Position numbers and translations under genes: made by a program. From Trueperaceae bacterium (GTDB taxonomy: Bacteria > Deinococcota > Deinococci > Deinococcales > Trueperaceae), in assembly GCA_965213705.1 (NCBI GenBank), contig OZ243913.1, positions 1,280,001 to 1,344,000 on the forward strand: a stretch of 64,000 nucleotides of DNA, written 5' to 3'. A model generated the notes under the pieces. That model worked only from the letters and a program-made list of their open reading frames with translations, was not told the DNA's origin and ran no database searches. Positions within the stretch are counted from its first letter, which is position 1. The number at the start of each line of letters is the position of its first letter. Shown piece by piece: positions 39,817 to 48,196 of this stretch.

Positions 39817-41064
39817 ATGAAAAGCCTGTTGGCTGCACTGCTAATAACTTCTTTTATGGTTGCCAGCGCACAAGTTGAATTGCGTTGGCGCACCCGCCCC
39901 GACAACCAAGCAGAAATAGACGTCTACACTGAGGCCAGCGAAACTATCGACGCCGCTTGGGACGGAGTAAGCCTCGTTTTTGAACCCGGTGGTTCCGAAA
40001 GCTCTTCTTATCAAGATGTATTGGTGACTGAAATCGAAGCGGGCACGGCACCTGACGTGTTCTGGATTCCAGGTACCGACATAGCTCGCTTTGCGGAGGC
40101 CGGCCTGATCTTAAACCTTGCCGACTTCGCCGCGGCGGACGCCGACTACGCTCAAACCGACTTCTACGAGGGGCCGATGGGTTACCTGACCACTTCTATC
40201 GACGACACACCTACTCTGTGGGGATTGCCCAAGGACGTGTCTGCTTTTGCCATTTATTACAACGCCGACCTCTTTGCGGAGGCAGGGCTCGACGCGCCTA
40301 AAGAGGGCTGGACCTGGGACGAGTTTGAAGAGGCTGCCAAAGTCATTGACGCGCTTGGTACGGAAATCACAGGGTTTGGCATGAACAGTTGGTGGGCGAA
40401 CTGGGGCTACTTTGTCAATGCCGCGGGTGGACGGTTTTTCAATGAAAACTTAACGGCTTGCGCCCTTGACAGCGCGGCCACGGTCGAAGGTTTGGAGTTT
40501 GCTGCCAATCTTATTCAAAGCGGTGCCGCCCTGCCTTGGGGTGTGGACGCCGAACCGCCCTTTCTTGCTGGCACGCTGGGCATGTTCATGAACGGACGTT
40601 GGGCGACGCCGGCCACGCTCACCAATGCCAACTTCGAATGGAACGTCGCGCCCTTGCCGATAGGTCCGAGTGGCAAGGCAACGAACTGGCTCTTCTGGGG
40701 TGGTTACGTCGTCAACGCTAAAACCGAGCACCCCGAACAAGCCTGGGACCTGGTGACGCGCCTGACAGGCAACGAGGTTCAAGCCAACAATGCTGCGTTG
40801 GGAGCCATTATTCCCAGCCGCGCAACCCAGGACGCGATTGACTTGTTCTTGGCAACGCTGCCCGGCACAGGTATCAACAATCAGGCGTTCGTTGACGGCA
40901 CAACTTCAGAAGATGTTCGTACCGAAGCGCCCCTTTTCAACGGCAATTGGCCCGCCATCGACACCGCTTACGGCAACGCCGTTGCCAGGGTGTTCAATGG
41001 TGAAATGACACCTCAGCTTTTCGCCGATACTATTTGCACCGAGGTCTCTCCAGAATTTGAGTAG
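39817..41064 (+). CDS. Orphan sugar ABC solute-binding protein
   Basis: AGGAGG RBS, signal peptide, GTAPDVF, YYNADLFAEAGL, WTWDEF; no permease follows. Confidence 0.9.
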   Translation: MKSLLAALLITSFMVASAQVELRWRTRPDNQAEIDVYTEASETIDAAWDGVSLVFEPGGSESSSYQDVLVTEIEAGTAPDVFWIPGTDIARFAEAGLILNLADFAAADADYAQTDFYEGPMGYLTTSIDDTPTLWGLPKDVSAFAIYYNADLFAEAGLDAPKEGWTWDEFEEAAKVIDALGTEITGFGMNSWWANWGYFVNAAGGRFFNENLTACALDSAATVEGLEFAANLIQSGAALPWGVDAEPPFLAGTLGMFMNGRWATPATLTNANFEWNVAPLPIGPSGKATNWLFWGGYVVNAKTEHPEQAWDLVTRLTGNEVQANNAALGAIIPSRATQDAIDLFLATLPGTGINNQAFVDGTTSEDVRTEAPLFNGNWPAIDTAYGNAVARVFNGEMTPQLFADTICTEVSPEFE

Positions 41065-42197
41065 CGGGTGGGGGGTATTCCTAGAGTTAGAACGTAAACT
41101 GCGTTAGAAGTGGGGTGTCAGGAACGTCCCTTTGGGGTCGATTAAATTGAGCAGCTCTTGTTGGGTCATGCTGCCCCCGGCGCAGACAAAATAACGTCGA
41201 GGTCGGTGAGCCGATTCGCGCGTTCACCGGCGTCTTCAGCGGCACCCCAACTTTCGAGGGCGGCTCCGAAACACTTGTGGGCGTCGAGAATGTCCAGGGT
41301 TGAAGATGGCGTTGAATTTTCCCGGCGCTGAGAGCGAGTGCGTCAAACTGTGAAACGCTTGGCGTCAGCTCCTCGAGACCGTCTCAGCCCTAGCGCCGGG
41401 TCAGAACTTAACTGTGCTCCAGCGGCCGGTGCACGCTGTTACGCTTGTGAGCGTGGTGCCTCGGCCCTGCGAGCACGGCAGCGGCAGTACGAGGCGCGCG
41501 ACCTGTTGGCTGCCCTTAACCGCGCGAACGACTCTTTAGAGGCGCGCCTCAGCCAGGGTACGCGCTTGTCAGCGAACTCAACCTGGCTGAGGCGCGCCAG
41601 CGCATCGCGCGACTGTTGCACGACGAACTGCGGCAAGAACTTCTCGCCGCGCAGTACGCCCTGTCGCCGACCGAGGTCGGGGCTTCGACCTCGAACACTT
41701 CCAGATTGGCGTGGCGAAAAAGACCGGACTGGGGCTCGAGAATTTTCGGCACCGCTTAAAGCTGTTTGTGGTGGATGAAGCGGGTGCATAATAGGGTGGG
41801 AAAACGCCCGCGCACTAATCCTTTGCCGTTCTACCGCGGTAACCAAGGGTCGACACCGTTGCGTTTGAAGTGGTAGGGATAGTAGAGATACCAGTTCACA
41901 TAAGCGCCACCGATGTCGACCGGTTGCCCTTGCTCGACATCCATCTGGTCAATCAGCATCCGCCCAATCGGCACCAACCCAATCTGCACCAACCTAGTCT
42001 CTACCGGCGCTGTGGCCTCGAGCCTCTTCAACCTCCTCATTCCCCGTTCACCGCGAGCCGCTGTCTGCCCAAAGAAGCCTTCAGCTCGCTTTGGCACAAG
42101 CTCGAGCCCCGAAGCTCGACGACGACGTCGAAGCCGAAATAGCCGCCCTGTTCGACCAGGCGTTTGCCATTTTGGAGCACAACGGGGCTTTGGGCGC

Positions 42198-42869
42198 GTG
42201 ACCGCAACCCTTCTTACATCGCCGCTCACCAAGGGCGAGCGCTGGACCGGCGCCCAATCAACCTGGAAATGGCTCGGCATCGTGGCGATGGTCCTCGACC
42301 ACGTCGGCGCGGTATTGCTGCCGGACTTAGAAGTGCTGCGGCTCATCGGCCGTATCGCGTTCCCCATCTTCGCGCTACTCATCGCCGTCAACGTGGGCGT
42401 GCGGATGAAGAGTCCCAAAGGTTACTTGAGGCCTTTAGTGGTCTACGGTACCGTCGCTATATTCCCTGCCGCGCTGGCTTTACCGACCACGGTGGTTCTC
42501 AACATCATGTTCACGCTGCTGTTGGGCGCGCTCACGCTCGCCGTGATGAAAGGCGAAGTGTCGCGCTGGTGGGCGCTGACACTTCTTTTCGCACCGGTTG
42601 TGGACTACGGAGCCTTCGGCGTGGCGGCCGTCGTGCTGTTGACTTTGGCCTTGCAAAAGAACAACTACCTAGCTCTTGCCGGGGGCGTCGTCGCCCTGGG
42701 AATCGCCAACGGGCCATTGCTCAGCATCGTCGTTATCCCACTGACCCTCCTTCTCGTCTTGCTGTGGCCGCTGCCGGGCACTTTGCCCCGCGGACCTAAA
42801 AAGTTTTTCTACATCTTCTATCCGGCTCACCTGTTCGTGTTGGGCATGATTGGCTTGTACTTGCAGTAA
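42198..42869 (+). CDS. TraX-family membrane protein
   Basis: KWLGIVAMVLDH, IGRIAFPIFA, NIMFTL, DYG and KFFYIFYPAHL TraX motifs. Confidence 0.88.
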   Translation: MTATLLTSPLTKGERWTGAQSTWKWLGIVAMVLDHVGAVLLPDLEVLRLIGRIAFPIFALLIAVNVGVRMKSPKGYLRPLVVYGTVAIFPAALALPTTVVLNIMFTLLLGALTLAVMKGEVSRWWALTLLFAPVVDYGAFGVAAVVLLTLALQKNNYLALAGGVVALGIANGPLLSIVVIPLTLLLVLLWPLPGTLPRGPKKFFYIFYPAHLFVLGMIGLYLQ

Positions 42870-42891
42870 CGCAGCCGAACAGTAAGAAGCG

Positions 42892-42920
42892 AAGGGTGCC
42901 GATTCAGGGCACCCTTTTTT
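42892..42920 (+). terminator. Rho-independent terminator after the TraX gene
   Basis: AAGGGTGCC-loop-GGCACCCTT followed by a T-run. Confidence 0.8.
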
Positions 42921-42969
42921 GACTCGAGACCAAACCCATTTTCACAAATGAAGGAGCTGCAGCAGGTCG

Positions 42970-43160
42970 TTAGCACTCCAAAAATCTGTGTTAGTGCTAA
43001 CACAAATGCCTCGTAGCACTCCAAAATCAGTCTTTTTTACTGTGAGCGCTCCAACAGCAACGCCGTAGCGCTCCAAAAAACGTCGAAAAAGTCCAAGTTT
43101 TGGTCGTAAATCCTTTAAAATCAGGATTTTTTAGTCAAAACCTCGTAGCACTAACTAAGA
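42970..43160. repeat. Iteron-like direct repeats, a palindrome and an AT-rich tract
   Basis: AGC(A/G)CTCCAA at 42972, 43015, 43045, 43067; TGTGTTAG-TG-CTAACACA at 42987-43004; CCTCGTAGCACT at 43009 and 43141. Confidence 0.7.
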
Positions 43161-44085
43161 AATCTTTCTTTGCCGTTTGTCCGATAGTTATGGGCAAACG
43201 GTGTGTTTTCTCGGTCCCACATTCCTAAGGCCAAAAAAGCCGTATTTGAGAGAAATCGACCTCGAGACAAGTTTCGAGGCTTGGGCGAATGTCGGCGAGA
43301 CCGTCGAGCCCTTACCGGCCCCCGACACGAGCCAGCAAAGACACCTAAGCACGTCCCGGCTCGAGCCGGGCAGATAACCCCCGCCGGGCCGAGGGGCGTA
43401 AGCACGACGCTCGAATTACGGAACGCCGAGCACAAATAACGCAGGAACAAAAGCCTAGAGGCATAGAGGCATAAGGAGGCTTAGGTCGAAGAACGGCTTC
43501 GACCCTTCACGTAAGGAGAACATCATGACAAGGGTAGGGGATGGCCGGATTGGCGACGCAAAGAGGGAGGGGCGGCGTGGACAGACGGCTTAAGAACCTG
43601 AACGCCAAACGGCTGGTTCAGGTGCGCAAATCACTGGTGATGCCCGGCCGCAAAATGCTTTGCACAGCTTTAAGCTGTCGGGTTGGAGCGGTGGCGGGAC
43701 GCGTTAGCTACGGGTTTGAACTCGATGTGTGGCGGCACCGAGGAGCCGGAGCTGGTCGCTAAAGTGCTGCGCGGGCAGGGTAAAGCCTTACCTGCGGGTC
43801 CCTCAGCGACGTGCATCAAAAGGATTTACTGGCTGTGACGGGGGGCGTTCACAATCCAGGAGTAACCGTGACGCAAGCAGATGCGCTGGTGGCGTTGACC
43901 ACCTATTCGTTGCGCCACTACTCACGAACGCTTCTTCGTGGGCTCGGCGCAAGCGGAAACTAATCACAGATGTGCTGACCTAAAATTGTGGCTAGCGTAT
44001 TACAAAAATTCTCGAAAAGTATTAGCAGTTAGGCGGGCTTCAAGCAAAAGTTCTGAAAAAAGAGAACGGCCCAAGTGATTGAAAC

Positions 44086-44325
44086 CTAACTTTCGTCCTT
44101 ATTTATCTCGATAAGTCTGGTCAAGGGAACCTGCTCACCAAGCAACCGCTCTAAACCCTTAACCACCGCCTCCAATGACTTCAGGTCTAGCCGCTGAACT
44201 TCCTCGCCCCGTGCCAGGTAGTACACCGTCGTATGCCCGACCTCGCCCTCGAGTTCTTTGGCAAGACGGTAACGCGTGATGTCATGACGCTCCAAGAAGC
44301 GGTCAAGCGAAAATCGGATGGACAC
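44086..44325 (-). CDS. Xre/Cro-like HTH regulator
   Basis: ITRYRLAKEL...HTTVYYLARG...RLDLKSLEAV. Confidence 0.85.
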   Translation of the reverse strand: MSIRFSLDRFLERHDITRYRLAKELEGEVGHTTVYYLARGEEVQRLDLKSLEAVVKGLERLLGEQVPLTRLIEINKDES

Positions 44326-44350
44326 CTCCCGACTCTAGCAACCATCCCAC

Positions 44351-44380
44351 TTGACTTAATAGTACGGCTATTAGTATTAT
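44351..44380 (+). promoter_or_regulatory. Divergent promoter with a palindromic operator in its spacer
   Basis: TTGACT-18bp-TATTAT; TAATAG-N5-CTATTA at 44357-44373. Confidence 0.65.
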
Positions 44381-44538
44381 GATATATTGAACTAAAATTT
44401 TAACTGTGGAATCATCGCTTTCACAACGTTCACTAAGAACACTAACTACCGTAGTCACGGGCAAACCGATTTGTTCGCAAACCTAAAACGCTGTTTTGAA
44501 AGGAAAAACATGGACTCACTAAAAGCGAGGACGATGTT

Positions 44539-44847
44539 ATGAACGACCGCGAGTTCACCGTCATCGCCAGCCGACTTGTCTGGGGCGAAGCTATAGAAGA
44601 AGCCAGCCACCCAGACACCCTCAAACGGCTCAAAGCCCTCCTCGAAGAGCGCGAGCAGTTGCTAGCTACGCTCGAAGACATCACCGAGAAGCTGGTCTCT
44701 AGCCACTACTGGGCCGAGCACGATGGGCATGTCAAGTCGAAGGTCACCACCGTTTCTGGGTTGCAAGGGGAAGGTGCAACTCATGGGGAAGCGACTGTCA
44801 ACGACCCTTCTCCCAAACTTTCTGAGACTCTGAAGGGGTTCGCATGA
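44539..44847 (+). CDS. Hypothetical protein (phage/plasmid-like)
   Basis: GAGG RBS; coiled-coil segment; ATGA overlap with the next ORF. Confidence 0.55.
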   Translation: MNDREFTVIASRLVWGEAIEEASHPDTLKRLKALLEEREQLLATLEDITEKLVSSHYWAEHDGHVKSKVTTVSGLQGEGATHGEATVNDPSPKLSETLKGFA

Positions 44848-45203
44848 GACCGATGCCCTTCGAGAAGCTCTCCATCCAGGCCGGCGACGACGCCACCGCC
44901 TTGGAGTGGTTTCGTGACCTCGCCGAGGCCCTGGCCCGGACGTACCCAAAAGCGGATACCGACCGGTTCCAAGCCGCCCTCACCGAGCGCTTACAAAGAA
45001 CCGACGTCCGCCCCGCCCTTGCCGAGGACAGTGGGATGTACTTTGTGCAGTTGCTCGAGCGCACCAAACCCTTGCCCGCGGCCGCTCTGCCCGAGTGGCT
45101 TAGGAGCGTCCCCTTGCTCGACGTCTTGGCAAAGCGCAAGATTATTGAGGTCCATCTCGTCGAGCGCCTGGTGTTGCCCGACCCAACGGACGTGCCAGGG
45201 TGA
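44844..45203 (+). CDS. Hypothetical protein
   Basis: 119 aa helical ORF, translationally coupled to the previous gene. Confidence 0.55.
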   Translation: MRPMPFEKLSIQAGDDATALEWFRDLAEALARTYPKADTDRFQAALTERLQRTDVRPALAEDSGMYFVQLLERTKPLPAAALPEWLRSVPLLDVLAKRKIIEVHLVERLVLPDPTDVPG

Positions 45204-45267
45204 TGGGTGCCTGCGGCGGGCTCGAGACCGCCACCGGCCACCACCCCATCTGGCGCAACGTCCTCAG

Positions 45268-45726
45268 CTATCCCCTTGCTCGCCCGACCAAAGCTGTAAG
45301 CCGCGCCTCAAAACTGAAAGGACCAAGCGCCTCGAGCGCAATCCGCCGGAAGTCCCCGTGGTCGGGGTTGAGCAAAACGTTGTAACTCTCAGGCGCGACC
45401 ACCGAAGGCACCCGCAAAGCCACGCTCTGCGCCTCGCGCACCCAGGCGTCCCCGAAAACCCGCGTCGCTTCTTTACTGCGAACATCTAAATCGGCAGGCA
45501 CGTCGAGAGCGAGCGCCTCCTCAAAAGTGCAGCGGTAGAGGCTGTACCCCTGCAAGCTAGCGTAAACCTCCCAACCGGCAAGTATCTCGAGCGCGGCCAG
45601 GGCAGTGTGTTCGGCGGTGTAGACGACCACCGTCCCCTCGCTGTTCCAGCGGCCCGGCGCGCCGCGCGGTCTGAAGGCGGCGCTGAGGCTTTCGGTAAAC
45701 GCTAGGCGGTAGGTTCTCAAAGACAC
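45268..45726 (-). CDS. RES-domain toxin
   Basis: GRWN, VYTAEH..LAALE, LRVPSVV, NVLLNPDH. Confidence 0.92.
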   Translation of the reverse strand: MSLRTYRLAFTESLSAAFRPRGAPGRWNSEGTVVVYTAEHTALAALEILAGWEVYASLQGYSLYRCTFEEALALDVPADLDVRSKEATRVFGDAWVREAQSVALRVPSVVAPESYNVLLNPDHGDFRRIALEALGPFSFEARLTALVGRARG

Positions 45727-45730
45727 GCCC

Positions 45731-46162
45731 TCACAAAAAGGCGCCGTCCTCCAGGGCGGTGAGCAGGTTCTGAAGTTTGCCGACCCCCACCCGCGTGGCG
45801 AGCAGGTCGACAGGTTTCGCGCCGTCTAGCGCGGTCTTGGGCGTGGCGAACCAGGCCTGGGCGCCCGTCCGACCCAGCACGCTCGCCACGCGGGCGAACA
45901 GGGTCAGGGCGCTGTAGGTGCGGTCCAGGAGTTCGACGTTCATCACCGGGTTCTTGCTCTTGCGTGAGCGACTGATGCCCAACACACCGAGCGCCTCTGT
46001 TTTGCTGACACCGAGCAACACCGACAAGCGCGTCAGGACCTGGTCGACCGACGGTTCACCTACCGTGGTCTGCTTGAGCACGGCCTCGGCGACCTCGTTC
46101 GGGACCGCCGCTAACACCTGGGTAAAAAGGTCGTGGCGGGTCTGGGCAAAAGCTTGTGTCAT
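45731..46162 (-). CDS. Xre/MbcA/ParS-type antitoxin (leaderless)
   Basis: C-terminal AQAWFATPKTALDGAKPVDLL...LEDGAFL; directly upstream of the RES toxin. Confidence 0.88.
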   Translation of the reverse strand: MTQAFAQTRHDLFTQVLAAVPNEVAEAVLKQTTVGEPSVDQVLTRLSVLLGVSKTEALGVLGISRSRKSKNPVMNVELLDRTYSALTLFARVASVLGRTGAQAWFATPKTALDGAKPVDLLATRVGVGKLQNLLTALEDGAFL

Positions 46163-46330
46163 GCTCAACACTGTAGCATGAAGTTTCAACGCTTCGTGAT
46201 TTCGGTTGAGGTAATAAAGCTGAAAGCAAACGTGGTAAAGTCCGTCCACAGCGACCCCGCAAGCGCAGACTCGTAACTGAAAAAGGGCTTTCGGCAGGTG
46301 CCGACATCGGCCTGTAAGATGGGAGACGCC

Positions 46331-47206
46331 ATGACCTACAGAGAAAAAGCCTTCGACGCGCTCGTTTTGAGCCACAGGGCGGCTGCCGACAGTGAAACGG
46401 CGCGCAAAGTGGTGTTGCCCTTTTTCCCCGAAGCGCTCTTTGTCACGCTGCCGGCGGCGGCTTTTGCCAACCGTAGCTACCTCCAGCAAAACGTCGTCAC
46501 CGGTCCCGAAGGCTTGCTGACCCTGCCGCGGGACGACGCCGCGGCCGCACAATACCTGAGAACCCATCCCGAGGTCGCGGCCAGGGTGAAGACGAGAAGC
46601 GCTTCTGGGGTGTGGGACGCCTGGTGCGAGGCATTTCTCGACGCACCCTGGTGGGACTTCTTCGCTTTTGGCGAACGAAACGTGGTGCTCGACGCGCCGA
46701 CGCCGCCCACAGCCTACCGGGACGGCATTCCGTTGAAACTGGAGCAGATGTTCGAAGTCCAAGAGAGCTACCACCACGCGAGCAATCACCGGGACTTGAA
46801 ACGAATCGCCGCGACCTTTTTCCATCTAGCCGACCACGCCGAGTTGAGCAAGAACACGAACTGGCTGTTCAGAGACAAAGAAGCCTTTTTCTACAGGGAC
46901 GTGCAGCTTAAGTTACCGAAAGACTCAGGCGACCTGAGCGCGTATTTCAAAAACGCACCGAAAGCGCGCGAGCAAGCAGCCGAGAGCCGGAAGGACGACC
47001 CGTTCGAAGCGCTCACAGAGCTTTATGGAGCGGTCATCCAGGACACTTATTTCGCGCCCTTGGAAGACCAGGTCGAGCGTTACGACTTGTTCGAGACGCC
47101 CTACAACGCCTTGGGCGACGTTTTGTTCAACGAAGACGCCGCGCTGATGTTCGGGCGCGAAGTCGAGGGGTGGGCAAACCTTAAAAGGCGGCAGTTAGCT
47201 TCGTAG
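46331..47206 (+). CDS. Hypothetical protein (291 aa)
   Basis: GGGAG RBS, long ORF with globular composition; no recognised family. Confidence 0.7.
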   Translation: MTYREKAFDALVLSHRAAADSETARKVVLPFFPEALFVTLPAAAFANRSYLQQNVVTGPEGLLTLPRDDAAAAQYLRTHPEVAARVKTRSASGVWDAWCEAFLDAPWWDFFAFGERNVVLDAPTPPTAYRDGIPLKLEQMFEVQESYHHASNHRDLKRIAATFFHLADHAELSKNTNWLFRDKEAFFYRDVQLKLPKDSGDLSAYFKNAPKAREQAAESRKDDPFEALTELYGAVIQDTYFAPLEDQVERYDLFETPYNALGDVLFNEDAALMFGREVEGWANLKRRQLAS

Positions 47207-47568
47207 AACGCAGAAGTGTGCCCTGCGGGCGTGCGCTCGAGCAGGACTTTAAACCCGGACGCTCACCAAAGAAGTCGGGAATCTACTTCTCAAAACCTTT
47301 CTCAACATCGGGTGCTGCGCCGGTCGGAGAAAAGTACAGTAACTGTAGGTCGACCGTTTTACTCAACGACAAACCGAGACGAACAGGCGCGAGCCAGGTT
47401 TGGTCAGCCCTGAGCCGCCACCGCAACCTAGCGCAACGTTTTTAACGCCCACCAACCAGCCGCTCAACCAGTATGGCAAAGCTACCTGCGTGTGACGGCT
47501 TTCTCAATCTTTACCAAAACGCGTTGAAGACCACGCCGCGAGGGTGTGAAGGTCTATGAATTGGTTCC

Positions 47569-47865
47569 TTAAATCTCTTCTGCTTCTTTCAACAACCCTC
47601 GCAACACCCCGTACACTCGCCAACCCAACTCGAGGGCGACCGTGCCCTGGTCGAAGCCGTGCTCGGCCAGCACCGCCTTGACCGCCTCACCCTTGCCCCG
47701 TTCAACCAGCGCCGTGGTGAGTTTGCCGATGCTCGAGCGCATAGCTTGAACCTTCTCCCAGCCTTCAGGGGCAGGTTGGGTTGGCTCGAGCACTTCAGCT
47801 TGCACAGTTTGGGGCACGTGCGCCGCGGGAGGTGTTATTCGGGGCCTCTCTAAAGGTCGGGCCAA
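47569..47865 (-). CDS. Hypothetical protein (phage-like, possibly a fragment)
   Basis: 98 aa ORF downstream of the Xre gene. Confidence 0.45.
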   Translation of the reverse strand: MARPLERPRITPPAAHVPQTVQAEVLEPTQPAPEGWEKVQAMRSSIGKLTTALVERGKGEAVKAVLAEHGFDQGTVALELGWRVYGVLRGLLKEAEEI

Positions 47866-47892
47866 GCCGAGTCAGCCGTCAACCCTTACGTG

Positions 47893-48129
47893 TCAATCGT
47901 TCTCCTCAGCCTTCTCTTCATCCCCAAAGCTGAACAAAGCCTTCACCTCCACCCCCAACACCTCGGCCAACTTCTCCAAGGTGTCAAACCGCGGACTATA
48001 CACGCCCGCCTCCATGTGGCGCACCGTCCGGACATGCACGCCCAACACCTCGGCCAACGTTTCTTGCGTCAAACCCCGCGCCTGCCGCACCTGCTGCAGA
48101 CGCTTGCCAAAGTTCCGTTTCAGGCTCAC
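47893..48129 (-). CDS. Xre (HTH_3) transcriptional regulator
   Basis: FGKRLQQVRQARGLTQETLAEVLGVHVRTVRHMEAG...PRFDTLEKLAEVLGV. Confidence 0.92.
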   Translation of the reverse strand: MSLKRNFGKRLQQVRQARGLTQETLAEVLGVHVRTVRHMEAGVYSPRFDTLEKLAEVLGVEVKALFSFGDEEKAEEND

Positions 48130-48160
48130 TAAGCCGAGTCTAACGAGCCCTCCCAAGCTT

Positions 48161-48190
48161 TTAACAGGTAGTTTAACTACCTGTTATACT
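48161..48190 (+). promoter_or_regulatory. Promoter containing a perfect 12-1-12 operator palindrome
   Basis: TTAACA (48161-48166) and TG-N-TATACT (48185-48190); TAACAGGTAGTT-T-AACTACCTGTTA at 48162-48186. Confidence 0.8.
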
Positions 48191-48196
48191 GGGTGC

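Noticed and set aside
41338..41778. 146-aa ORF as a relaxase remnant
   Set aside because: No HUH or other motif is visible, so it cannot be supported.
42970..43000. CIRCE-like element TTAGCACTC...TAGTGCTAA
   Set aside because: The spacer is 13 bp rather than 9, the right arm mismatches, no chaperone gene is nearby, and it is part of a larger repeat array.
42970..43160. Possible mini-CRISPR array
   Set aside because: Repeats are only about 10-12 bp, spacing is irregular, and there are no cas genes in the window.
45731..46825. 364-aa antitoxin fusion as given in the ORF track
   Set aside because: The N-terminal part is antisense to the 46331 gene. The real start is the ATG at 46162, with a -10 box just upstream.
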